This document shows positions 10,815 through 19,028 of a DNA stretch of 45,643 bases, piece after piece. The position numbers were made by a program, and so were the translations under genes. Numbering within the stretch: position 1 is the stretch's first letter; every line of letters begins with the position of its first letter. The notes beneath the pieces are model-generated. The model saw nothing but the letters and a program-made list of their open reading frames with translations, was not told where the DNA came from and made no database searches. Source of the DNA: Gemmatimonadaceae bacterium. Its GTDB lineage: Bacteria > Gemmatimonadota > Gemmatimonadetes > Gemmatimonadales > Gemmatimonadaceae. Location: contig DATAHM010000079.1 in NCBI GenBank assembly GCA_036263215.1, positions 1-45,643 of the forward strand. The letters run 5' to 3'.

Positions 10815-11354
10815 ATGAAAGCGACCCGTTCCCTGTTGGCCGTGATGGTGCTTGGAACAGCCATCGGCGCGAGCCAGGCCAGCGCACAGTGCAGCGGCAA
10901 TGCCGGCACTTGTAACACCGTCAACACCGCATCGGTCACCGTTGGCGCACTCGTCAAGCTCGACATGAGCTCCGCGAGCACAGCGCTCACCAGCCCGACC
11001 GCGGCCGACGTCGCCGCCGGCAACGTCCTGGCTGATGCCGGCCCGAGCTTCACGATCAAGGCGAACAGAAGCTGGACGCTCAAGATCAAGTCCCAGAACG
11101 CGACGAGCTGGACGTACGTCGGCAGCAACGCCGGTGTTAAGCCAATCTCGGATCTCTCCTGGGCCACTTCCGCGGGTGGCACCTATGTCGCGATCTCGAA
11201 CACCGACGCGACCTTCCTCTCGAGCGCGAGCTCGAGCAACGGAACGAGCGCCCAGGCGTTCTTCAAGACCAGCTGGGTCAACGACTTCTCGGACGCAAGC
11301 AACGCTCCCGGTACCTACAGCTTGCCGATCGTTTTCACCCTCACGGCACCGTAA
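10815..11354 (+). CDS. Secreted pilin-like subunit A (probable major subunit)
   Basis: GGAG RBS; signal peptide ...ASA|Q; N-terminal Cys pair; Ser/Thr/Ala-rich beta composition; C-terminal PGTYSLPIVFTLTAP strand resembling chaperone-usher pilin ends; paralogous to 16008 and 12234. Confidence 0.65.
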   Translation: MKATRSLLAVMVLGTAIGASQASAQCSGNAGTCNTVNTASVTVGALVKLDMSSASTALTSPTAADVAAGNVLADAGPSFTIKANRSWTLKIKSQNATSWTYVGSNAGVKPISDLSWATSAGGTYVAISNTDATFLSSASSSNGTSAQAFFKTSWVNDFSDASNAPGTYSLPIVFTLTAP

Positions 11355-11375
11355 TTCATGAAGCATTCTCGCTCT

Positions 11376-11397
11376 CGCTCGCCCGAAAGGGCGGGCG
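11376..11397 (+). promoter_or_regulatory. GC-rich stem-loop with GAAA tetraloop between pilin A and the chaperone gene (mRNA-stabilising or attenuating hairpin)
   Basis: CGCTCGCCC-GAAA-GGGCGGGCG forms a 9-bp stem with one G-U pair and has no U-tract. Confidence 0.5.
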
Positions 11398-11414
11398 CAG
11401 GGCGCAGAGGGCGA

Positions 11415-12227
11415 GTGCGGAACATTACCGTACTCGCCCTCTGCGCTACTGGGATCGCAGTCTCGCAGTCCGCTTCGGCGCAGCTGCTCGTCGACCCGCT
11501 CGAAGTGACGCTGATCACCGCGAGCCAGACTCGCGTGGCTGGCGCCTTCACGGTATCGAACACGACCGATGAACCCGTTCAGGCGACGATTACGCGCCAG
11601 GACTGGGACCGCGTCGAAAACGGCGACAATCGATTCCTGCCAAGTGGCACGAGCGGAAACTCGTGTGGCGCCCTGCTTACCGCGTCACCGCTCTCGATCC
11701 GAGTCGAGCCGCATACCTCGCGAACGATTCGCCTTGCAACCGAGAACGCGTCAACCCTGACCAGGGAGTGCTGGGATATTTTCTTCGTCGAGGAGATCCC
11801 GCGGCGTTCTACCACCAGCGGAAATTCGCTGCAGTACATCTTTCGGACGGGTGTGAAGGTGTACGTCGCGCCGCCGAATCTCACCCGTGATGGCGCTGTC
11901 GAGAATATGGCTGTGGAGGAAGTCCCACAGACCACCAACGTCGCCGCCAACGCCCCGGCCGCGACGAAGCGACAGATTGCTATCTCGTTTCACAACACCG
12001 GAGCCATGAACCTTCTCGCAAAGGGTCGGCTCGAGTTTCGGCGCCTCGATAACTCCCTGGCGATGGAAGTGCCGGTGCCTGAGTTCGCCACTTTGCCGGG
12101 CGCGACTAGAAAGCTGAGCCTCGATGTGCCAAGCGGGCTTGCACCTGGTGATTACGTAGTGCTCGCGCTCATCGATTTCGGGGGCGCCGAGCTAGTTGCC
12201 GGCCAGATCGATTACCAGGCGAAATAG
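11415..12227 (+). CDS. Periplasmic PapD-like fimbrial chaperone-type protein (ORF is open from 11358)
   Basis: Signal peptide MRNITVLALCATGIAVSQSASA|Q; FTVSNTTDEP; IFFVEEIP; LQYIFRTGVKVYVAP resembling a chaperone G1 strand; second Ig-like domain (FHNTG...TLPGATR). Confidence 0.7.
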   Translation: MRNITVLALCATGIAVSQSASAQLLVDPLEVTLITASQTRVAGAFTVSNTTDEPVQATITRQDWDRVENGDNRFLPSGTSGNSCGALLTASPLSIRVEPHTSRTIRLATENASTLTRECWDIFFVEEIPRRSTTSGNSLQYIFRTGVKVYVAPPNLTRDGAVENMAVEEVPQTTNVAANAPAATKRQIAISFHNTGAMNLLAKGRLEFRRLDNSLAMEVPVPEFATLPGATRKLSLDVPSGLAPGDYVVLALIDFGGAELVAGQIDYQAK

Positions 12228-12233
12228 ACAAGA

Positions 12234-12725
12234 ATGTCTCTGCGCTGGCGGGACCTCTCGGGCGGCAGCACCATCGCGGTGGTATTGGCGCTGGGTCTGT
12301 TCGCATCTCCGCTCGCGGCTCAGAAAACAAATCTTACGGTCACTGGCGGCAGCATCACGTTCCCAACGCCCACCGTCGCGGATTACATCAACGGCTATGT
12401 GGACGCCGCCGCCGGTGTGACGTTTACGATCGCCGCCCAGACCGGCTCATCGCGCACGACAACTGTGTCTGTGCGCTCCACCTCCGCGAACCTCGGTGGC
12501 GGCAAGCTAATCGGGGATCTGCAGTGGCGGCGAGCCGATCTGGCGACGTGGAACAGCATCTCGCTTACCGATGCGCAAATCGAGCAGCGAACCCTCGTCC
12601 GAAACTCGCTCAACGACCCGTGGAGCAACACGATCTTCTTCCGCATGGTTCTCAGCTGGGCGACAGACGCTCCGGGCACATACAACGGCAACTACGTAAT
12701 CACGCTCTCCCAGACGGTCCCGTGA
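12234..12725 (+). CDS. Secreted pilin-like subunit B
   Basis: Signal peptide ...LAA|Q. Shares PTxAD..G, KxxxDLxW, TDA and APGTY..I..L motifs with the 10815 and 16008 proteins. Confidence 0.6.
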   Translation: MSLRWRDLSGGSTIAVVLALGLFASPLAAQKTNLTVTGGSITFPTPTVADYINGYVDAAAGVTFTIAAQTGSSRTTTVSVRSTSANLGGGKLIGDLQWRRADLATWNSISLTDAQIEQRTLVRNSLNDPWSNTIFFRMVLSWATDAPGTYNGNYVITLSQTVP

Positions 12726-15568
12726 GCATGCGCTCACAACTCTTGATGGTGGTGGCCGCGATCACCGGAGCGTCGGCGTCGGCCCGAGGTCAGAGTGGGC
12801 TCGACCGAAGCCAGCCAACCAATGTGTCGGCAACCTCTCTCGCAGTGTGGGCTCCCGTGAGCCGGGACTCCGTTGCCTCGCGAGTGATCGTCGTGCCGAC
12901 AGTGCACGGCTCCGGCGCGCCACGGAGCTATCAGGTCGTTTCGATCCCCGTCCCGGAAGCCCTTGCCGGTGCGACGAACATCGAGATGGAAATCATTCCG
13001 CGTGGCGATTTCGTAATTCTTGGCGCGCGCACCCGCACTCTGGCGCCCTCGGTGCGCACCAAAGTCGGCGTAACCATTGGCATCCCGGCAAACGCGATGG
13101 CCGGCCGCCTGATCGCCGCCGAGGTGCGCTTTTCGGCACCCGCCGCAGCGGTCATGATCGTCCCGGTCGAGATCGATGTCAGCCTGGTTCGGCAGCTCTC
13201 GCTTCGCACCAACCGTACGCCGATGAACGCGCAGGCCGGAAGCGACGTGATCCTGCCATTCGAAATCACGAACTCCGGGAATGCGCCCGAGAAATTGACC
13301 ACCGACCTCGAGCTGCCGAACGGCTGGTCGCTGCGAGAGATGCATTCCTCACCGATCGTATTGCAGCCTGGTGAGACCATCAAAAAGCGATTGCGCCTGG
13401 CGGTTCCGTCACTTGCGAACACCGGCTCATCGTTCGTCCACATTGTTCTAGCCGCAGACGGCGAAAAAATGGACGACGCGGTGATGACGGTCGAAGTATT
13501 CAACTCGAGCTCGATTGGGCAGCAGGCCGGTCCGCTGCTGACTACCGGGCTCGCGCGTGTAAATGACGAAAACGGCCGGCCGAATAGTCTCTTGACCCTG
13601 AGCGCGACCGGTGCGCTGTTCGACTCAGTGCGGGTCGATGCGCGCATGTCGCGTTCATCCGCGCTCGGCGGCGCTTCGAGTAACGCATTCTCTCATCTGG
13701 GGGCGTACCAGTCCGCCGCATCCCTCGCCCTCACATCCCCAACTTCGCAGCTGAATTTCGGGAATACGGGAACTTCATTCTCCGATCTCACAGGCCTGTA
13801 TCCTTACGGGCAGGGCGCCTTGATCAAGCTCCAACACCCCGGCTGGTCATTCATCGGGTTGGGCGCGCTCGCGATCGCACAGCCCGGAGTCACAGACCGT
13901 CAGCCGATGGTTGGGCTGCGCGGCGAGCGGCAGGTGGGAGAGGTTCGCCTGAGCAGCTCGCTCACCCATCTGGGTGACGCGGGATTGTCGCCACGTAAGC
14001 TCGATGCCTTCGGCATTGGCGCATCTATCCCGGCATTCCTCGGCACCACCTTCAGGGCAGAAGTCGCCGAACGACGCTTCCAGGACGGGAGTGGTCTCGG
14101 GTGGTCGACGGGGCTCGTGCGAATCGGGTCCGATCGTAACGAAGAACTTCGCGTGACTCACGCGCCCGGAGGAAGCGATGCGTTCGCGCGCGCCGCAAAC
14201 GAAGTGGTGGTTAACCTGTCGGAACAACTCACATCCCGCGCGGCTGTAACTGCGTCCGGCTGGAGAACTACCGACGCGACATCGGTGTTCAGCGGTCTCA
14301 ATGCGCGAGGGCTTTCGCTGCGTCCGCAGTACGCCGTCTTCGGGTCGACGACGGTGTCAGTCGAGGCGCGCACCTATACCTTCGACGCTACGTCGCGGCC
14401 GACGCCCACAAATACAGGTGGCGGGTTCGGCAATCAGGAGCAGCAGCTAGGCTTCGGATTGAGCACTTATCTGCACCAGTACTACGTCAACACGACCGCG
14501 TATCTCGGAAATGTCACCCGCACTGTGTCACCAGTCGCTCAGGCAGTCGTCACGGATCGAACGCCTCGGAACTACTGGACGACGAATGCTGGCTGGGTCG
14601 GAACCGGCGGCGCGCTCGAGTTGCAAAGTCGCATCGAGCAAACTCGCGACCGCGCGGGATTCGTGAATCAGCAGACGATGGTAGGCGTTCGAGCCGAACA
14701 GCTGGTCCTCCCATGGCTCGGCGGCGTACGCGCCGAGGGCGAGCTGCAACACGTGAGTGGTTTTGGGGATCAAAGCTCCGGAATCGTGCGGGCCGGGCTT
14801 GCAGTGCCGATCGTAAACGGTCTTTCCTTCAAGCTCGATGCGGAACGCAACTCGATCTTCCATTCAACGAGTGGCAAAGTGCCGTGGATCGCTGGCATTC
14901 GCATCGAGCATTCGCTCACTGTGCCGATGTTGCGCAGACCTGGAACCTCTGGATACGTCTTCGAAGATCGCAACGGAAACCAGCGTCGGGATGCCGGCGA
15001 GCCCGGAGTACCGGGCGTCGTTGTTCGTCGCGGGGCTGAGACCGCAGTCGCGGATGCCAACGGCAGATATCGTGTTTCGGGCGATGTCTCGAAACCAATA
15101 GTTATCGATGAAGCCTCGTTGCCGGATGGCTGGACAGCGACTGGTAGCGAACGGTCCGACCTTGGGGTTTCGCTCACCACCGCAGCTCAAGTCGAGTTGG
15201 TCGTCGCGCCCCGATCCGGAATCACCTCGGTGCAGGTGGATCTTGCGGCGGCCCACGTCATTGCGCGCGACAGCAGTGGCCGAGAGTGGATCGCGAAAAT
15301 GACCGGACCGACGACAGCGACCTTCGAGTCTCTCCCGGTCGGCACCTACTTACTTGTATTCGATCTCTCGGAGCTCAGTGAGCCGCTGATTCCGAGAGGG
15401 CCGATCCCCACTCTTGTCGTTAACGGCAAAGACTCCAAATCCGTCACCATCACGCTCGACCCGAGACCAATCCGCATTTGGAAAGCTCCGACACCATTGG
15501 GACCGACGAATGGGACAACACCGTCGAACGGGAAGACGGCCGAGACCCCGCCGGCATCAAAATCATGA
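12722..15568 (+). CDS. Large secreted/outer-membrane usher-like protein: N-terminal Ig-like domains, central putative beta-barrel, C-terminal SdrD-B/CnaB-like domains (start GTG 12722 or ATG 12728)
   Basis: Signal peptide; FEITNSGN...LELPNGWS Ig/NEW3-like segment; long run of amphipathic beta-strands; SGYVFEDRNGNQRRDAGEPGVPGVVV SdrD-B-like Ca-binding loop; FESLPVGTY. GTGA overlap with the upstream gene. Confidence 0.6.
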   Translation: MSMRSQLLMVVAAITGASASARGQSGLDRSQPTNVSATSLAVWAPVSRDSVASRVIVVPTVHGSGAPRSYQVVSIPVPEALAGATNIEMEIIPRGDFVILGARTRTLAPSVRTKVGVTIGIPANAMAGRLIAAEVRFSAPAAAVMIVPVEIDVSLVRQLSLRTNRTPMNAQAGSDVILPFEITNSGNAPEKLTTDLELPNGWSLREMHSSPIVLQPGETIKKRLRLAVPSLANTGSSFVHIVLAADGEKMDDAVMTVEVFNSSSIGQQAGPLLTTGLARVNDENGRPNSLLTLSATGALFDSVRVDARMSRSSALGGASSNAFSHLGAYQSAASLALTSPTSQLNFGNTGTSFSDLTGLYPYGQGALIKLQHPGWSFIGLGALAIAQPGVTDRQPMVGLRGERQVGEVRLSSSLTHLGDAGLSPRKLDAFGIGASIPAFLGTTFRAEVAERRFQDGSGLGWSTGLVRIGSDRNEELRVTHAPGGSDAFARAANEVVVNLSEQLTSRAAVTASGWRTTDATSVFSGLNARGLSLRPQYAVFGSTTVSVEARTYTFDATSRPTPTNTGGGFGNQEQQLGFGLSTYLHQYYVNTTAYLGNVTRTVSPVAQAVVTDRTPRNYWTTNAGWVGTGGALELQSRIEQTRDRAGFVNQQTMVGVRAEQLVLPWLGGVRAEGELQHVSGFGDQSSGIVRAGLAVPIVNGLSFKLDAERNSIFHSTSGKVPWIAGIRIEHSLTVPMLRRPGTSGYVFEDRNGNQRRDAGEPGVPGVVVRRGAETAVADANGRYRVSGDVSKPIVIDEASLPDGWTATGSERSDLGVSLTTAAQVELVVAPRSGITSVQVDLAAAHVIARDSSGREWIAKMTGPTTATFESLPVGTYLLVFDLSELSEPLIPRGPIPTLVVNGKDSKSVTITLDPRPIRIWKAPTPLGPTNGTTPSNGKTAETPPASKS

Positions 15569-16011
15569 TGAGTCCTGACGCTCGTTTGAGCCCGAAGTTC
15601 GCCTGGATCGCGGCGTTGTCTTTAGCTACCAGCTGCCTGAGCTCAACCTCGCCGCAGCCATCCCGGATTCAAATGAACGGCGCGTGGGCCTACACTGCAG
15701 TTCAAACTCAACCGGTACGCGAAACCCTCAGTGGAACGCTCAGTGTGTCGCGCGAGTCCGGTTCGAGCTTTCAGGGTCGCCTGGATGTAGTGGCCACGAA
15801 CGAGCAAACTGGGCAAAACGTGGTGTTGGGCGGCCTGGTCAGCGGATCGCAAACGGCAACTGACGTCATCGACTTCGACGCAGACCTCGAGACAGTGCGG
15901 AGACATGTTGGTCAGATCGTCGCCGACACGATTACCGGAACCTGGATCGGGGCCACTCCCGACGGAACAGTCTCTTCCGGCACCTTCAGGGCGGAGCGCG
16001 AGAACCAATGA
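15565..16011 (+). CDS. Small beta-rich lipoprotein of unknown function
   Basis: Lipobox-like SLATSC; MNGAW, LSGTL, ITGTW and SGTFRAER strands; ATGA overlaps with both neighbours. Confidence 0.75.
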   Translation: MMSPDARLSPKFAWIAALSLATSCLSSTSPQPSRIQMNGAWAYTAVQTQPVRETLSGTLSVSRESGSSFQGRLDVVATNEQTGQNVVLGGLVSGSQTATDVIDFDADLETVRRHVGQIVADTITGTWIGATPDGTVSSGTFRAERENQ

Positions 16012-16553
16012 GGATAACCAATCTGTGTGGGTGCGCCTCGTTCCTCATGCTCGCCTCGCTCTCCCTGCCTGGGGTCGCCGGCGCTCAATGCCAGCTCACC
16101 ACCGCCCCCGCATCCTGCAGTCAACCGGGAAGTGTCACGCTCGGCGCAGTCCGCGTCGTACGGCTACAGGTAAATGCGGGATCGACGGCGCTCACTGCCC
16201 CGACCGCAGGCGATTTTGACGCGGGGTTCAATTCCACCACGGGACCGACTCTTACGGTGAGCGCCAACGCTCCATGGATGCTGCAGGTGCGTGCATCAGC
16301 CGCGTTCTGGACGGCAACAAATACTTCGCCTGGCGCTCCGGCTCGGACGGACAAACCAGCGGCCGACCTGAAGTGGGCGACAAGCGCTGGTGGACCTTTC
16401 AACCCGCTCGCTACGGCGGACGCCACCCTGGTGAGTGGATCGGCCACCGCGAGCAGCGCCACCACCCTTTACTTTCAAACACTCTACAGCTGGACGGTCG
16501 ACACGCCCGGCAACTACAGCCTGTCGGTTGTCCTGACTCTGACCGCTCCCTGA
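16008..16553 (+). CDS. Secreted pilin-like subunit C (paralog of 10815)
   Basis: AQC...C, STALTAPT, ANAPWML, KPAADLKWATSAGG and PGNYSLSVVLTLTAP, closely matching the 10815 protein. Confidence 0.65.
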   Translation: MRITNLCGCASFLMLASLSLPGVAGAQCQLTTAPASCSQPGSVTLGAVRVVRLQVNAGSTALTAPTAGDFDAGFNSTTGPTLTVSANAPWMLQVRASAAFWTATNTSPGAPARTDKPAADLKWATSAGGPFNPLATADATLVSGSATASSATTLYFQTLYSWTVDTPGNYSLSVVLTLTAP

Positions 16554-16563
16554 AACCCGCCAT

Positions 16564-16592
16564 TGTGACGTGCCGCACGCATCACGCAGTCT
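16564..16592 (+). promoter_or_regulatory. Putative ECF-dependent promoter 1 (TGTGAC-N18-AGTCT), likely autoregulatory and leaderless
   Basis: The motif ends 7 nt before the sigma ATG (16600), there is no SD sequence, and the same motif and spacing recur at 18922 and 19824. Confidence 0.7.
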
Positions 16593-16599
16593 TTCCACT

Positions 16600-17148
16600 A
16601 TGAGCGAGCAGTCCGACGCCCAGCTCGTGGCTCAGATTCTGGGTGGCGACGTCGAATCTTTCGGTGTGCTTTTCCAGCGATACCGCGACACCTGCACCAG
16701 ATTCGCCGTGCGCATGTTGGGCTCGAGCGCTGATGCGGATGACGTGTTACAGTCGGCATTCATGAGGGCTTATCGCAACCTCGCGAGCTGCCGAGATCCG
16801 GATCGGTTTGGAGGCTGGCTGTACCAGATAGTGGTCAACGAGTGCAGAACATTCGCGTCGCGACAGCGAAGACGCGAGCTGCGGTTCGTACCGGACCATG
16901 ACGTGATTGAGCGGGCAGCGGCAGAGCCCGAAGAAGATTCCAGCGGGACGATGAGCGAGCGGTTAGACCGCGCGCTCGCCGCTCTGCCGGTCGAGCAGCG
17001 GGAAGCTTTTCTTCTCAAGTACGTCGAGGAGATGAGCTACGAGGAAATGGCCGAGGTTACCCGGGTTGGCATTTCGGCGCTGAAGATGCGAGTGAAACGG
17101 GCCTGCGACGGGCTTCGAGACATGCTTGAGGGTGTGTACAATGACTGA
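16600..17148 (+). CDS. ECF RNA polymerase sigma-70 factor
   Basis: Region 2 (ADADDVLQSAFMRAY, FGGWLYQIVVN) and region 4 (MSYEEMAE...SALKMRVKRA). Confidence 0.95.
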   Translation: MSEQSDAQLVAQILGGDVESFGVLFQRYRDTCTRFAVRMLGSSADADDVLQSAFMRAYRNLASCRDPDRFGGWLYQIVVNECRTFASRQRRRELRFVPDHDVIERAAAEPEEDSSGTMSERLDRALAALPVEQREAFLLKYVEEMSYEEMAEVTRVGISALKMRVKRACDGLRDMLEGVYND

Positions 17149-17761
17149 CTTCCGAAACGAAATTTCCGAGGAGACCGCTGCATTCTGCGAGCGCATAGCC
17201 GCTGATCTTCGCGAGCCGGAGCGTCTCGATCCATCGTTCGACGCGAGACTGATGGCGAGGGTGCGACAGGAGGCGGGATTGCCGCACCAGGTTGAGCCCG
17301 GATCTTCGTGGTGGCGTACCGAGCGAGTGCTTCGCGTGTCTCCTCTCGCCGGCCTGGCGCTGGCTGCCGGAATTTCGACGTTCGTCGCGCTGTCGACCCT
17401 TGCGATTGGATCGCATCTCTGGTCGCGCAGCTCGGTTCCTGTTGCGGCTCAAGCGGTCGTTCGTACTCGCACAGACACGGTCAACGTCGTACGATTCGTG
17501 TTCGCCGATCCGAATGCCCGCAGCGTACAGCTGGTTGGGGATTTCAACGAGTGGACGAGGGGAGCTACCAATCTCAAGCCTTCGGGAGCACCTGGTGTGT
17601 GGAGTGTCTCGGTCCCACTGCATCCGGGCCGTCACGAGTACGCCTTCATCGTCAACGGAACGCGATGGATCGCGGATCCGCTTGCAACGAAGAGCTCCGA
17701 CGACTTCGGTACCGAGAGCTCCGTCATCCACGTCGGGGCGAGCTCCCAAAGTTCGAGCTGA
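17141..17761 (+). CDS. Putative anti-sigma factor: N-terminal cytoplasmic segment, one TM helix, C-terminal CBM48/AMPK-type glycogen-binding domain
   Basis: Overlaps the sigma stop; FDARLMARV anti-sigma-like helix; TM LAGLALAAGISTFVALSTLAIG; VQLVGDFNEW...GVWSVSVPLHPGRHEYAFIVNG.RW..DP...DDFG. Confidence 0.8.
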   Translation: MTDFRNEISEETAAFCERIAADLREPERLDPSFDARLMARVRQEAGLPHQVEPGSSWWRTERVLRVSPLAGLALAAGISTFVALSTLAIGSHLWSRSSVPVAAQAVVRTRTDTVNVVRFVFADPNARSVQLVGDFNEWTRGATNLKPSGAPGVWSVSVPLHPGRHEYAFIVNGTRWIADPLATKSSDDFGTESSVIHVGASSQSSS

Positions 17762-18911
17762 GCGCGGCCGAGCGCTGCTCTATTCGGCTGCCGCGGCGCT
17801 TTTTCTCAACACTTCTCCAGCAGCTGCACAGAACCCCCAGGCCAGCATCGATTTCGGCGGCCTGGCACTTCGCTATGCGGACAGTGTGAATGCCACCGCG
17901 GCGGCGATCACCCCCGACTTCCGGTTCGAATCCGCGGGCGCGAACGCGGAGGCGATGGGAACTTTCTCACAATTCAGCAGCGGCGGCTGGAGCTCACAGG
18001 GCACTCTCTCCAGCTCGTTTTTCCCCGGACGAGCCGGTCGGTTTTTTCTGGAACTGTCGGGGTTTGGTGGTGGCAGCTACCACCACGACGGCACCCGGAC
18101 GGGCGAAGCAATTGCCAACGCACGCGTTCATTTCTCGGGTGACCGCTCGGGTTTGTTCAGCGGCGGAGGAATCGGAACCACCTGGAACGTAGGTGGCTGG
18201 CGGCGCATTCTCGTAGGGGAGGTGGGCGCGTGGACGCGCTATGGACCGGGAAGCGCACTGCTGACGTTCAGCCCGGTCGCGGTGAACGACACGACGCGCT
18301 ACGCGGACGGACAGCTTTCATTTGAGGGAGCGGGCGACCGATTGGATCTTTCGGCGACAGCGGGATATCGCTGGGGATCCCGCCTCCCCGCCGACCTCGC
18401 CGGCGCGAGAGCCTGGGCCAGTTTCAGCGCGACTCAATGGCTCACACCAGTCTGGGGTGTGGTTGCGGCCGCCGGCTCATATCCTGTCGACCCAACCCAG
18501 GGTTTCCCCGGTGGTCGCTTTGTCTCGCTCGGTGTTCGACTCGCAACAGCCCGGCGGACTTCAGCAATGCTGCAGAACTACGACGTCAAAACTCCATCGG
18601 TGGCCGGATCGAGCACCCACTCGACCGATGCCGATGTCTTTCGGGTCATTAAAGACGCAGAGGGCCGCAACGTTTTGCGTTTCCGCGCGCCCCAGGCGAC
18701 ACGCGTCGAAATGAGCGGAGATTTCACGCAGTGGGAGCCCGTCGATCTCCAGCGGTCGCCGGATGGCTGGTGGACCGGAGCGGTTCCTGCCGCAGCTGGA
18801 AACTATCAGATGAATCTGCGCGTCGATGGCGGACCCTGGATGGTGCCGCCGGGAATGCTATCCATGAAGGACGAATTCGGCGGCGTTATAGGCCTGCTCG
18901 TAATAGAGTGA
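17751..18911 (+). CDS. Secreted putative outer-membrane beta-barrel protein with C-terminal CBM48-type glycogen-binding domain (start codon uncertain)
   Basis: Signal-like LLYSAAAALFLNTSPAAA|Q; amphipathic strands ending FVSLGVRL; C-terminal VEMSGDFTQW...GWW...VDGGPW...DEFGG. Confidence 0.7.
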   Translation, partial: VRAERGRALLYSAAAALFLNTSPAAAQNPQASIDFGGLALRYADSVNATAAAITPDFRFESAGANAEAMGTFSQFSSGGWSSQGTLSSSFFPGRAGRFFLELSGFGGGSYHHDGTRTGEAIANARVHFSGDRSGLFSGGGIGTTWNVGGWRRILVGEVGAWTRYGPGSALLTFSPVAVNDTTRYADGQLSFEGAGDRLDLSATAGYRWGSRLPADLAGARAWASFSATQWLTPVWGVVAAAGSYPVDPTQGFPGGRFVSLGVRLATARRTSAMLQNYDVKTPSVAGSSTHSTDADVFRVIKDAEGRNVLRFRAPQATRVEMSGDFTQWEPVDLQRSPDGWWTGAVPAAAGNYQMNLRVDGGPWMVPPGMLSMKDEFGGVIGLLVIE

Positions 18912-18921
18912 CCGTTATAAG

Positions 18922-18950
18922 TGTGACTTGTCCGCGCGTTCCCGTAGTCT
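18922..18950 (+). promoter_or_regulatory. Putative ECF-dependent promoter 2 (TGTGAC-N18-AGTCT)
   Basis: Exact repeat of motif and spacing in the intergenic region upstream of 19029. Confidence 0.7.
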
Positions 18951-19028
18951 ATATGGGTATGGAGAACCGGTATGGACGTACGGCTCCCTTGAATGAAATG
19001 ACGAAAGACTCCCGAGAGGAGATGCAGG

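Noticed and set aside
12524-12721. N-terminal extension of the 1014-aa ORF (similar extensions at 10644, 15478, 17292, 19835, 8466-8759, 34513-34806 and 42133)
   Set aside because: These extensions overlap neighbouring genes or promoters and precede clear signal peptides or coupled start codons.
10815-16553. Type IV pilus, WxL or phage tail interpretation of the operon
   Set aside because: There is no class III prepilin cleavage motif, ATPase or secretin, and no phage genes. WxL systems are typical of monoderms and lack an outer-membrane-barrel-like partner, although a distant fold relationship cannot be excluded.
16600-18911. Interpretation of the CBM48 genes as glycogen metabolism enzymes (isoamylase or branching enzyme)
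   Set aside because: There is no GH13 catalytic domain; both proteins are membrane-anchored or secreted and carry only the binding module.
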